A stretch of DNA of 64,000 nucleotides, taken from NCBI RefSeq assembly GCF_001194135.2, contig NC_068988.1:42376000-42439999 (forward strand), given 5' to 3'. This document shows positions 1 through 12,469 of the stretch, in pieces. Each line of letters opens with the position of its first letter. Position 1 is the stretch's first letter. The stretch is from Octopus bimaculoides. Its lineage: Eukaryota. Position numbers and translations under genes: made by a program. Under the pieces are notes generated by a model. The model was not told the DNA's origin and did not search any database. It saw nothing but the letters and a program-made list of their open reading frames with translations.

Positions 1-1437
1 CGGACGTTAGACGACGATGATGATGATGATTTATCAATTACTGAAGTTAGTTAGTTTATGGATTCATGACGAGTAGGAAGGAAGCATGGCAAACCGAGAC
101 AGAGCCAGGTATTTAACTCTAGTTTTTGCAAAGTTGATGTGCCCCCCCCCCCATAACATTCTAAACAAACTCCTAGTCTGTTGTAGCTGGTTTTCCTCTT
201 ATTTTATAGTCTGTTGCTGACAGCTATGCATAAAGCAACCTACAAAGAGATTCAATGGAATAGTGGTTGTTGTTTTGAACTAGTAACTCAAGGGCATTTA
301 GTCTAGTTAATCAATAATCTGACCATTTGGTCTTTTTATCTCTAGTAGTAAATCCCTGTATGTAGCCTACAAACATGTATCAAATGTCTGTTCTGTAACA
401 TCTGAACATGCAGGTCATTATCATAATCATCTTTAAAATGTCCATGTTCCATGGTGGCATAGGTTGGGTCATTTGACAGAATTCAATGATTCTGAGGACT
501 GCATCATGCTCCAGTGTTTTCTTAGGCATAATTTCTGCTTCTGGATGCCCTTCCTAATGCCAGTCACTTTATAAAGTGCATTTAGATGCTTTTTTTTTTT
601 CTTGTTTCTTGGCACCAGCAGGTGACATCTCAAAATTATTTTATAGAATCATGGCTTAGCTCTCAACTGATGATTATACACATATGTAGCTGGGATGGAT
701 GATTAGGGATAAAATGAGTTGTATCGAGTTGACATTCTAAATGGTACCAACTGGCAACTCTGAATGAATTTTGTGATAATTTCTGCAAATCAGGAATGGT
801 TAGAACTACTTCTGTTGGTTTTCTCAAGAAAGAAAAAATATATTTATATTTTTTTGCCTGTTTGAATGAGATTCTATTCAATGAAGCCAGTGAAATTAGC
901 AAATTTCAAGTTAGAAAATTCATTAGTAGAAAATATTGTCTGGAGAAGTTGTGTACAGCACTGAAAATAACTTGGACTGTGTTGCTTTCAGGGAAATACT
1001 GCAGCCTGCAGAGGAGTTTGAAAATAAATGTTTGAAATATTTGTACTTTTAATTGAGAATTCTTTATGGAATGAGTGAGTGGGGAAGAAGCTGAGATGTT
1101 TTAATTTTGATTCAGAAGTTATTTTTATACATTGAAGCTAAAGGTTGACAATAACTGCTGGTTACAGTTAATACATTTGATCTACTCAAGGAAGCCCCCT
1201 CACTAGTTAAGTTGTTTATTAGAGGAGGTGATTATAGCTTAAAACCACCACATATGCTATATATATATATATATATCATATCATAGTAATGGTAGAATGT
1301 ATGCCATGTTTGCAGATGTGGGTTTGAGTCTTATGGTCAGCCCTCAACTTTTTTATGCAATGGTTTTTTTTTTTCCAACCCAATATTTACATGTTGCTAT
1401 TTACACCATTATCTGCTTTGAGATTTCCTGTCTCTCT

Positions 1438-1472
<35 letters not shown>

Positions 1473-1544
1473 TGTGGCTGCTTTCTCATATACAAGCAAA
1501 GCAATTGCTAGAAAGAATCATTGAAATGAGTCATTGATAATGCA

Positions 1545-1712
1545 ATGTGAGGCCCTTATATGCCTCTTGAGCCCTGCCAAAGATTTACACATTTTATTGT
1601 ATAATGCACAGTTGTGCTGGCCAGCAGAAGGAACAGGTGCCACAGTATGAAGTCTTTTGACATGTCTTTTTAATCCTCCAACTGAACAGCACACCTTTCC
1701 ACAGGTTGCACA
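1545..1712 (-). pseudogene. Decayed double C2H2 zinc-finger fragment, probably a LINE ORF C-terminus
   Basis: CATCGKVCCSVGGLKRHVKRLH and CALYNKMCKSLAGLKRHIRASH; the second finger has Y in place of its second Cys. Confidence 0.5.
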
Positions 1713-1762
1713 TGTTCTGTTATGAACAATAGCAGTATCATATGTACATACGTATAACATAT

Positions 1763-2140
1763 GGAAGGAGTAGACCCAGAATGATGTAGAACAAAGTGGT
1801 GAGAAATGATCTTCAGATGTTGGGCCTCACAGAGAAGATGACGAAGGACCAAGACTTCTAACGGTTTGCTGTGCTTGGGAAAACACATGCAGCTAAGTAA
1901 AATCTTGGTTGTCCTTGCATACAGGCATATCCCCTACATCCCACTTCAGCTGAGTGATGCTTACCTTGTGGGCTCATAGGTGCTTGTGCTACATAAAAAG
2001 CACCCATGCCAGTGTCATGTAAAAGCACTCATGGTGGTGCTGCATAAAAGCACCCAGTACATTGTAAAGTGGTTGGTGGTAGGAAGGGCATGCAACCCAT
2101 GCCAACCCATGGAAAATGTGTTAAATGATGATGATGATGA
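1763..2140 (+). mobile_element. 5'-truncated RTE-clade LINE: ORF2 C-terminus, 3' UTR and (GAT)n tail
   Basis: 1763-1900 reads GRSRPRMM*NKVVRNDLQMLGLTEKMTKDQDF*RFAVLGKTHAAK*, matching the RTE GRGRPxxTW...DRxxWR end with both Trp codons mutated to stops. Followed by AAAAGCAC repeats and a GAT tail. Confidence 0.7.
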
Positions 2141-2245
2141 TCATCATCATCATCGTTTAACGTCCGCTTTCCATGCTAGCATGGGTTGGACGATTTGATT
2201 GAGGACTGGTGAAACCGGATGGCAACACCAGGCTCCAATCTAATT
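2141..2245 (-). mobile_element. RTE-type 3' end, inverted, tail-to-tail with the previous copy
   Basis: (ATC)n then GTTTAACGTCCGCTTTCCATGCTAGCATGGGTTGG, the reverse complement of the family 3' end. Confidence 0.75.
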
Positions 2246-3241
2246 TGGCAGAGTTGATATATATGGTAAATGAAAGATGGAAAGTACAAGAATTTTTATT
2301 AAGCATGACAATTGTTTCGACACATCTACCATCAATCCCTCACAGGTGGATACTTAACAACTGGTTCAGGAGCATCCAACGGTGCAGATGTGTCTCTACT
2401 TGTGATAAATAGATATAACTCGTTAAAATCAGTTTCACTATGTATCTTCTCATTTCATGTAAAGAAAAGCAGCAACACAAAGGATATAGCTTCATTTACA
2501 TAGAAGATGAAAAATAAAATAACAGATGCAAAAAAAACAAACAAATAAACATGCAATACAGCAAGAAATGTTTTAAAATTAACCATTAATGGATATGGAT
2601 GTATAAACGCCCTCGCACAAGCTGCATGGCGCCTGTACACTCACTCATACAAGGTGAAAAGGGAACTCAATACAAGACATAGCATTTCATTATCTTTATT
2701 GGTAGTTGAACATTTCACTAACTGTTACTATAATTTTTGTATTTCTGATCTTCAGACAATAGTGGAGATCAGAATAAGGACAGCTAGTATACATTCCCTT
2801 ACAGATGGAACAAATCTTTTACAAAGCAAGCATCTGTGAAAAAGACGACCGCCTCAAAATGTTAGAAACTTTGAGAAGGATACTACATTAAAATGTCTGC
2901 TTTCTTCTAGTAATATTTTGTTAGATGGAGAGCTGACTGACATAAATACAGCTTTAATTACTTCAGTAATTAAATAAATAATTAAATAATTATTTAATTT
3001 TATACAAGTCATTTCATTACTCTTACTCATTATCTTCTGATATTTTGATAATTACAAAATGTGTTGCAGAGTTGCTAGAATTCTTTGAATATTCCTGAAT
3101 TCAGCTGCTAATTTGATGTTAAAGGTATTAACATTTCATTAATGTTTCTTATATTTAGAAAATTAACATTTTAATTATTAATGTTAAATATTTTTTGTAT
3201 TCGTTGTTAATTTAATTTTGTTTGTTTGTTTTTTTTTGCAG

Positions 3242-3272
3242 AGGAATTAAAAAATGACAACAAAAGTAAAGG
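3242..3272 (+). CDS. ARFGEF1: BIG1/2 exon 2, 31 nt, phase 1 to 2: (E)ELKNDNKSK(G)
   Basis: Long T-rich tract + TGCAG acceptor and GTATGT donor. Phase 2 end joins the 19166 exon. The peptide aligns with recalled human EEIKAETEKQS. Confidence 0.8.
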
Positions 3273-3489
3273 GTATGTTTTAATTTTTTTTAAATTTCTG
3301 TATTTTATGTTTTATTTTGTACTTTTAATGTTTCACATATATATTTGCATATATATGTATCTGTAGAAAGCAGAAAGGGGCTTGATCATTAGAATACCTA
3401 TTGGAACACCACATATTTTTACTAAATTGCAGTTTATTTTAATAAATTGTGTGTGTGTATATATATATATATACAGAAATCTTTTATGT

Positions 3490-3637
3490 TTCACTCACTA
3501 GACTGAGGCCATACTGGGGCATCACCATTGGTCAGCCTAAGGTTGTAGTAGAAGACACTTGCCCAAGGTACCACGCAATGGGACTGAACCCAGGGCCATG
3601 TAGTTGAGAGGAAGCTTCTTACCACACAGCCACACCT
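3490..3637 (-). mobile_element. tRNA-derived SINE family B (working name)
   Basis: Reverse complement of TGTGTGGTAAGAAGCTTC...GGGTTCAGTCCCA...CCTTGGGCAAGTGTCTTCTAC, a motif repeated about 10 times in the window. Confidence 0.75.
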
Positions 3638-3650
3638 GTGTATATATATA

Positions 3651-4148
3651 NNNNNNNNNNNNNNNNNNNNNNNNNNNNNNNNNNNNNNNNNNNNNNNNNN
3701 NNNNNNNNNNNNNNNNNNNNNNNNNNNNNNNNNNNNNNNNNNNNNNNNNNNNNNNNNNNNNNNNNNNNNNNNNNNNNNNNNNNNNNNNNNNNNNNNNNNN
3801 NNNNNNNNNNNNNNNNNNNNNNNNNNNNNNNNNNNNNNNNNNNNNNNNNNNNNNNNNNNNNNNNNNNNNNNNNNNNNNNNNNNNNNNNNNNNNNNNNNNN
3901 NNNNNNNNNNNNNNNNNNNNNNNNNNNNNNNNNNNNNNNNNNNNNNNNNNNNNNNNNNNNNNNNNNNNNNNNNNNNNNNNNNNNNNNNNNNNNNNNNNNN
4001 NNNNNNNNNNNNNNNNNNNNNNNNNNNNNNNNNNNNNNNNNNNNNNNNNNNNNNNNNNNNNNNNNNNNNNNNNNNNNNNNNNNNNNNNNNNNNNNNNNNN
4101 NNNNNNNNNNNNNNNNNNNNNNNNNNNNNNNNNNNNNNNNNNNNNNNN
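3651..4148. other. Assembly gap (others at 10614-10849, 11976-11985, 44255-44264, 51108-51557, 53843-53973)
   Basis: Runs of N, mostly abutting microsatellites. Confidence 1.
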
Positions 4149-4366
4149 GTCTTGTTTTTGTTCTCCGTAATTGTTTTTCCACACTAGTATGGTTTATTTG
4201 TTAAAGCAAATTATTCTCTTTTTTTAACACCCTAATGCTTTTTGTATTTCTAATCTCTCAACTATGAAATAGTAGTGGAACCTGTTTTTTTAATGGCAGC
4301 CAAAACAAAACCAAAGTAGGCAGAACCATGAGCCTCAATTAATTACATTATTATTTTTATTATTAA

Positions 4367-4588
4367 GGTGGTGAGCTGGCATAATTGTTAGCACACCAGG
4401 CAAAATGCTTAGCTGTATTTCGTCTGTCTTTACGTTCTGAGTTCAAATTCCGCCTAAGTTGACTTTGCCTTTCATCCTTTCAGGGTTGATGAGAAAAGTA
4501 CCAGTGAAATACTGGGGTCAATGTAATCAGCTATCCCACTTCCTCAAAATTTCAGGTCTTGTGCCTATAGTAGAAAGGATTATTATTA
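4367..4588 (+). mobile_element. tRNA-derived SINE family A (working name)
   Basis: GGTGAGCTGGCA...GTTCTGAGTTCAAATTCC (B-box-like)...GACTTTGCCTTTCATCCTTT core with an ATT tail; many copies in the window. Confidence 0.8.
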
Positions 4589-5779
4589 CACTGTATTGGT
4601 GCTCTAGTAATGATAGCAAGATGTTATTTTTTACCACAAAGTATTTTTTTTTTACAGAGAAAATACCTAACCACTGTTTTGCAATCTGTAACACCTCATA
4701 CTTTGGATTTGCATGTTGCAGAGCATTGTCAAAGCTCTCCCAACTAAGTTACCTGCTGTTTAGATTCTCATCTATTTATTTGATATTATTCTTTTAATTA
4801 CCCACTTCCATACTTTCAAAGACTGTCTCTTTGCTTTCATGGTTCTATCAACTATATTATTCTATCACTTTGTTTCTATCCAGCCTTGCTGGAACCTTGC
4901 TCCACAGATCTCATCTGTGGCCTGCATCAAGTTGTCTTATAAAAACTCACAATTGTGTTCTGTGCTATAAATCTCTAATTCCTTTTTTATGACACATCTA
5001 TTTGCTACCTAATATTTCCTTGAATCTGTGTGACCTAGGGCTATTTCAGCTGTAATAGCTTCCTTAACCAGATTATCTTTTGTCTTTGGGTCCATCTACC
5101 TCTTAAACTGATTACTAGTCTGTGTTGAGTGGTGCATTCTTCACTTGAAAAAAAAAAAACATTAATATTCAGAATGTTTTTTTGTTGTTATTTCACAAAG
5201 TTTATTTAACATATGTTGTTTGAGTGATGGGTGCTCAGGTGGCTGGTTGGTTTCCTGAGGTTAATGTTGCAAAAATGGCTAGGTTATTTGCATTACAGAG
5301 CCTTCAGAGCTTTGATCCTTCTCCATTCCAGGTTATATAACAATATTTTCCATGTACATCCAGATAGACATCATTGTGTTACCTAGTATGTCTGTTAAAG
5401 TCACAAATCCAAATTAGTGATAATGCAATTACTGCATTGTGTTATTCAAATAGTTTGCTGGGGGAGCTCATAGAAATGTACCTTTTATTCATCTGTCTCT
5501 CCTGATTGTGTTTCATATGTCAAAATCACCATTGCTGGCTATTCCCAATGACTAGTCTAAGCTTGATTTATTCTATTACTCTTTCTAAATTACTTTACCT
5601 TTCAAAATTACTTGACCTTTCTAAATTACTTTTCTGAGTTGTAGTATTGTTAGCAGTAGCAGGATTGGAGTTGGTGACCATGGTGTTAGTAAAGTAATGT
5701 AACCTCATAGCTACTGGGATTACAAAAGTGTTTTTATTGTTGATTAACCTCAGATTGAATTTGTTTAAATGGGTTTTCA

Positions 5780-6790
5780 TTATAGAGGTAGGACTTGAAT
5801 ATTTAGGAGCTCCACAAGTTCTGTACTCCACAGTCTGTTTTTGACTAGAAATGCAGCACAGCGCTCTTGATAAGATCTGAATAATGGGGCTCTCAGTCAA
5901 TGATGTGAAATCACAGTGACTTCACCAGGGGCTAGCCTAATTCAAAGTATTGTATAGTGGAAGGTATTGGAATACTGAAACAGCAGAGTGTTGGAGTAAA
6001 TGTATGGCAGTATTTAGGATTAAGGTTGTTGTACAACAAAAACAGTACAGTTGATTCAGCAAAAATCAACATATATTACACTAAAAATATAAATGTTCTG
6101 AAACTAATATTAAGTAGTATTCTCAAAAGATTTTATGGAAAAAAATGTGTATAAATGCATTTAAAACAACACTTTTAAATGCCAATAAATATAGATTTAG
6201 CTTGATAAAATACCTAAACATCTGAAATGAAATTTTCTTAATAAGATAATAAATTTTAGGACTATTAGTTTTTTTAATTTAGAGGTGATATTTACATCCA
6301 TGTTTTAACAGAACTGATCTTGAGTTTTCATTAAGTGTTGTATTCTGTTGCATATGACTGGATTCAAATCAGGAGCCCTTGTTTGTGAACTAAGAGTTTA
6401 GTTTAAGCATCTAGTGGTTAATAAAATCATTCTGGATGCTCTTCATACCATCAACTACTTTACAGTCAGGACTGCAAAATGATTGGCGACAGGAAGGGCA
6501 TCCAGCTTTAAAAATCATACCAGAAATGGAATGAAGAAATAGAGATGTTTACTCTGCAAGCTGCAGGACTGGTAACCTACCCAGGAGACCAGTAACTCTG
6601 AATTAAAAAAACGAAAATTATACAAAGAGAAGAAAAGATTCTTTTGTCTTGTTACAGACGATTTCTCAGGTGTCAGTGGCATGATATACCTCCAGATTAT
6701 GACAACTTGCTGTAAGACTTGTCCAACCCATACCAAATATTGGAAATTCAATATTTGAACAGCTAGATATGAACTTGGAGTTATTCTCAA
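5780..6790 (-). mobile_element. Highly decayed CR1/L2/Jockey-like LINE 3' pieces
   Basis: Minus-strand peptides FQYLVWVG, SVTRQKNLFFSLYNFRFFNSELL and RLWS...NIQV resemble the post-RT region of such LINEs; weak and interrupted. Confidence 0.3.
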
Positions 6791-6892
6791 ATTAAGGTGT
6801 GAAGATGGGGTTAGACAAGGTATCTGACTATGAATCGGAAGATTGTGTGTTTGAGTTTCATTGCGGTTGCAAATAATGCTTCTTTTATGGGT

Positions 6893-7045
6893 GCAGGCTT
6901 GGCTGTGTGGTTATACATTTGCTTCCCACCTGCATCGTTTTTGGGTTCAGTCCCACTGCATGACACCTTGAAAGTACCTTCTAATATCCTCAGGCCAACC
7001 AGAGCCTTGTGAATGAATTTTGAAGAGGGGAACAGAGAGAAGCCT
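6893..7045 (+). mobile_element. SINE family B copy
   Basis: GGCTGTGTGG...GGGTTCAGTCCCACTGCATGACACCTTG...AGAGCCTTGTGAATGAATTT. Confidence 0.65.
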
Positions 7046-8217
7046 GTAAGTCCAGGATGTTAATTTGTTTCACTAAACCCTTCATGCTAGTGCTCTAGCA
7101 TAATTACAGTCCAATAACTGAAACAAGTAAAAGATAAGATTTTGCATTAAATTAAAATAAAAACGATTCATTACGGATGGCCATATGTTTCACTCTGTAT
7201 GAGTTTATCAAATAAATTTAATATATATTTTACTTGTTGCATGATTGCAACTTCAACCATATTTTGTATCATCCTGTTATATTCTTACATGGTGTGGAGT
7301 TCAGATTTCATTTCCTTACAAAATCATACTTAAAATACAGTTATTATAGAACAGAATTCTGAATCTGTGGGACTGTTTGATTGTGTTGTACATGAATATT
7401 AAGTTTAGAAACGGAGGACAGCTGTTCCCTTTTCAGTTCCATATTGATTTCTCACATTGGCACAATGTCACAAATTTGCAGTTGATTATAGTTGATGGAA
7501 TCAACCTTGTTTTACTACTGATGCCTTTTTGTCAGCTTTGAGAGATTGAACGATAGAATCATTGTTCTCAGAATTTCATTTTGAGATGTAAATGGATATG
7601 AATAAATGCCAGAATGCTCAGCGCTTTCCCGGCCATTTCTGCAAACATGGAAATCCTGTGTTTGTGATGGTTAGTTTTATATATATGAAAATAGTGCAAT
7701 TCAAGATAACTTGCTCTGTTGTACTGTGATATTAGATAAAGCATGGAATCAGATTTTGCCTAGGTTTATATATAAGATATATAAGCTTATAAATTAGTGG
7801 TACAAATAGAAGCAAAATAGCTGCACATACTTGCAACTTGCTAGTAACACTGCACTATCAGTATAGAGAGACAGCTGCACTGATTATCACTGTAGAAACC
7901 TTCTGCTCCATTTGCAACTGAAATAACAATCAAATAAATTTGATGTACTCTTGTTACCTGTTCACTTTCACAATTCTGCTGCATTCCAGCGACTGATTTG
8001 TAGAGGTACAATGAAATCTTTTGACACTTGGTAATGTATACTATTAAGAAATGAAAGGAATCTCAAAGTTGTTTTTGTGTTTCGAATGGTTAACATGATT
8101 TCCTCCATGTAATTGTTTTAGCTTCAACACACAGTCTCAGAATAAGTTCCTTGCCAAGCAAGTACAGCTCCAAAATCACATTCTCTGATTCTTTCTTACA
8201 TGTGAAAATCACACAGC

Positions 8218-8640
8218 GCAGGTGTAGCTGTGTGAATAAGAAGCTTGCTTACCAACCATGTGGTCTCTGGTTCGGTCCCACTGCATGGCACCTTGGGCTT
8301 GTGTTTTCTACAAAATTCCCAAACCAACCAAAGCCTTTTAACTGGACTTGATAGATGGAAACTGAAAGAAGCCCATCATGTGTATGTATGTATCTATGTT
8401 TATGTGTATGTATGTATACTCTTGTCTTGACCTCGTGATGATTGTGAGCATCAACAAGCAATATTGCTTGTTTCCAGTCTTCCATGGAAAACATGCTTGG
8501 CCATGAGTAAATGTTACCTTTCTGGGAAACAGGTGAGGGTTAGTAACAGAGAGGGCATTTGGCCATAGAAAATTTGCCTCAGCAAATTCTGTCTGACCCA
8601 TGCAAGCATGGAAAAAGGTTGTTTTGGAATGACGATGATA
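8218..8640 (+). mobile_element. SINE family B, long form ending in an RTE-like 3' tail
   Basis: Family B head, (TATG)-like spacer, then AGGGCAT...GAAAA...CCCATGCAAGCATGGAAAA and a GAT-like tail. Confidence 0.7.
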
Positions 8641-9338
8641 TGAGGACTTCTCTCTAATGCTGCTAATAGTGATTAGGCTAATGTCACGTTTCCATTGGAA
8701 GATATCTGTATTACATGCCTCTTCGTAGTGTATTTATCTTGTGCAAGTAGGATTCTACCATCAAGATAACATAGACATCAACCTATTGATTTTGAGTTAA
8801 CAATAATGCTTTCTCCATTGATTCAGTTAGGGAAGTCAGTCAGGCTGACAAACATTATGTTGGCATTATAAGGCCAGTCAGTAAAATCAGTTGGCTTGTG
8901 AAAGGTCTTCATTGGAATAAAAAGTTTGAGATCCTCACTACACCAAAATCCAGTGTTGCGTGTCATGATATAAAGTGATGACTAAGGTCTAATCCTTTTG
9001 ATACCAACCTGCCCGGAACAGCTTGTCGTTCTATGATACAAAATTCATCTGAAGATAAAATGTTCAATCAAAATTTTGTGTTAATTTAGGTTCCAAACAC
9101 CAGGTGAATAATGAAGTTATTTTGCTAAGTCCTTCATTATTTTAAAAATTAATTGAACTAAAGGCAGTATATCTCAGAAGAAATATAGTAGCAAAAGGGT
9201 TAAGACCAGTTCCTTAAGCAGAGAAAAACATTCTCATGGTTATTTTGAAGAAAATATATTGTGATGGATATTATTTAAAATATATGAGAATTCAGTTGAC
9301 AGCTGAGACATTCAACACAACTCTTCATATTCATAGGT

Positions 9339-9720
9339 GTAGGCATGGCTGTGTGGTAAAAAGACTCGCTTTGAAATGACATGGTTTTGGGTTCAGCCCT
9401 ACTGTGCAGTACCTTGAGCAAATGTCATCTATAACCTGGGGCTGACCATTATCTTGGAAGTAAATTGGGTTGACAGAAAACTGTATGGAAGCCTGTCATA
9501 TAAATACATGTGTATGTGTTCTGTGCATGTCTTTATGTCTGTCTTTGCCCCACTACCACTGCTTGACAACTGGTGTTGTTTGTTTATGTCCCCACAACTT
9601 AGCAGTTCAACAAAAGAGGAGATAAATACTAGATTAAAAAAATGTACTTGGGTCAACTTATTCCACTAAAACCCTATAAGGGTTTTCAGTTCACTGACTG
9701 AAACAAGTAAGTGATAAAAG
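9339..9720 (+). mobile_element. SINE family B with an alternative 3' module
   Basis: Family B head followed by GCTTGACAACTGGTGTTG...ACTGAAACAAGTAA, also seen at about 43330-43570. Confidence 0.65.
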
Positions 9721-11985
9721 GTATTTCAGAAATTTTCTTTTATAAATTAAAGGCTCTACTTTTTTTTTTTTTAACTCCATCACATTTATCAGCCATTAGA
9801 AATAATCTGATAGTCTGTTAGAGATTATCTGTTTGGATAATCTGATAGGATTGTTTGAGAGGCAGTTCTAGAAAGACATGGCAAGTGATGGGGCACAGGT
9901 CTCAATGTTATGCTTCGCAGACAAAATAAAAGGTTTGAGACTAATAATGACATGTTAAAAAAACATATATCCAATTAAAATTAAATTTAAAATGAGCCAA
10001 TGTAGGAGTTTCTACATGGCTACACAAGCTGTTAGAATTAGCAGCCTAATCTCTGAAATTACACTCTATCACCTCTAAAATTAAATGGACATATTGGATA
10101 ATGTAGTTTGCAATAAATTGTGTGTGAAGAGTCAGTGTGGTCATACCGAGAATGTCTTTGATTATAGTTCTATTCAGTCAAGGCTGACTGGGAGCTGAAC
10201 ATACCACTATCATCACCACACAATTAACTAACATGTCCATATTCCATACACTCATCTCCAATACAACTCTAAGCCAATGAGAGAGCTGCTTCATAGTTGC
10301 TGAACCTGTTAAAAAATAAGTGAAATCTCTTATATAACAGGCTACCATTTTTTTTTTTAAAGTCTTTGGGCATCCATATAAGATTTTGTTGTTAGAATTT
10401 ATCTGCAATAAACTGGTTATACTTCTATAAAACAGAATATTTTAACAATTTCTTTTTATACAATTCCTAATGATATTTAATTATAAAAATATAGTGATTT
10501 TTCTTAAACATTGTATCGCTAGGAGGGTCCATTTGAGTAAAATAGGAATGGAAAAGGTTCATAAGTAAAAAAAATGGTTGAGAAATACTGCTCTATAACG
10601 TTTCAGTTACATANNNNNNNNNNNNNNNNNNNNNNNNNNNNNNNNNNNNNNNNNNNNNNNNNNNNNNNNNNNNNNNNNNNNNNNNNNNNNNNNNNNNNNN
10701 NNNNNNNNNNNNNNNNNNNNNNNNNNNNNNNNNNNNNNNNNNNNNNNNNNNNNNNNNNNNNNNNNNNNNNNNNNNNNNNNNNNNNNNNNNNNNNNNNNNN
10801 NNNNNNNNNNNNNNNNNNNNNNNNNNNNNNNNNNNNNNNNNNNNNNNNNTATATATATATATGTATATATTTATGTGTTTGTATATGTGCATATTTGCAG
10901 TTCTATATTTGTGTGTGTATATATATATATACACCACATCAGTACTATTCAGCTGCTATAATCATAGAGCAGAATATGCACATATTTCAACCCCACTTTT
11001 GTGCTACTAGTTACCTGCTTCTCTTGCTGGAACCACTTTTAGAATCTATTCCTCGTTCTCAATATTATCCCTTCCCCTTATATTTTCCACTGATTACTTC
11101 TTGTGCCTCCCTGAGATACATCTTAGAACTGTCATTACCTTACTTTTAACTCTACCTCTTATATGCTGCCATTCTCATCACTTTGGCATAGCTGCCCTTG
11201 ATGGCCCTTCTCCCACCTTTCTCTCCCACTCATAGCCACCCCTACATACTTCTGACATCCATTTCTGTCATTGTACATCTTTCTCCCCGTCCCCTAACCA
11301 CCACACTTCCTAATCTATTGCTCTCCTCCTTTCATATTTAGCCTCTTATCACTTCCTCCTTCTTGAGCTACTTCTATTCTCTCAGCCTCCATATTTAACA
11401 TCTGCCACACCTCCATTCATTCACATCAGCATCCACCTTTCACCATCTGTCACTCTCTCATATTCTAATGAATTCATCAACCCACTCTTCCTGATTCATT
11501 ATCTGTATTCTTTCTTAAACTCAGTTGTATCATGAAAGTATATCGCGATACCTTGTCACTTCCATTATTGTCTTCTTTCCATCTACTCTCACTGACTCTT
11601 GTATAATATTGGGTAGTCATGTATCTCCTCCATAGTAAGCTGCCTATGCCTATCCCTCTGTCATTTTAGCCTCTCAGTGACTAGCATAAAGCCACCTCCC
11701 TCTCTGCTGCTACTACCCCACTTAGTCAAGGGGTCTTTTCTTTGTCTTGTGAATTATTTGGCAACCTCATTAGTGCTGGTGCCGGAAAAAGAAGTACCCA
11801 GTATACCCTGTAAAGTAGTTGGTTTTAGAAAGGGTACCCAGCTATAGAAACCCTACCAAAACAGACATTGGAGCTTGTCAAACTGTCCAAATCAATACCA
11901 GCTTGGAATATGGACAATAATGATCATGATGTGTGTGTGTGTGTGTGTGTGTATACACATGTATGTGTATATATANNNNNNNNNN

Positions 11986-12035
<50 letters not shown>

Positions 12036-12469
12036 CATATATATGCACGTGTGTGTGTGTGTGTATACACATACGTGTATGTGTGTGTATATATGAATAT
12101 ATTTGTGTATATATGTGTGAGTGTCCATGCTATATATGTGTATGAGTGTCCATACTAGCTACATATATATACGTTCCCCATGCTATCTTGTTGTTTCATT
12201 CCTATTAAAAGTTCTTTTCATTTCCTTTGTACTTGGATGTCTTTCCTGCTGCTAAGCACTTTCAGCTTAAACTGAAAGCAACATCTATGCTTGGTAAGGT
12301 AAATTAAAGTAATGAGTGTAACCTCATTTACTCACTGACACACCTAGTGGGTGTGTTATTTATAGGTTTGAACTAATTAATCTTGTAATCAGCTGGAATA
12401 TTCTACAGTGTGGGTTGTGTAGAACAGTGATCTTCTTACTACTGCTATTGCAGCCAGTAATAATAATAA

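Noticed and set aside
1-3241. Search for BIG1/2 exon 1 (MFLxRALEKIL-type start) and promoter
   Set aside because: No matching peptide found; the region is repeat-filled intron 1, so the start lies upstream of the window.
3537-4204. Long ORFs in the track here and at 10574-11149, 51018-51595 and 53651-54060
   Set aside because: Artefacts of N gaps and TA/CA microsatellites.
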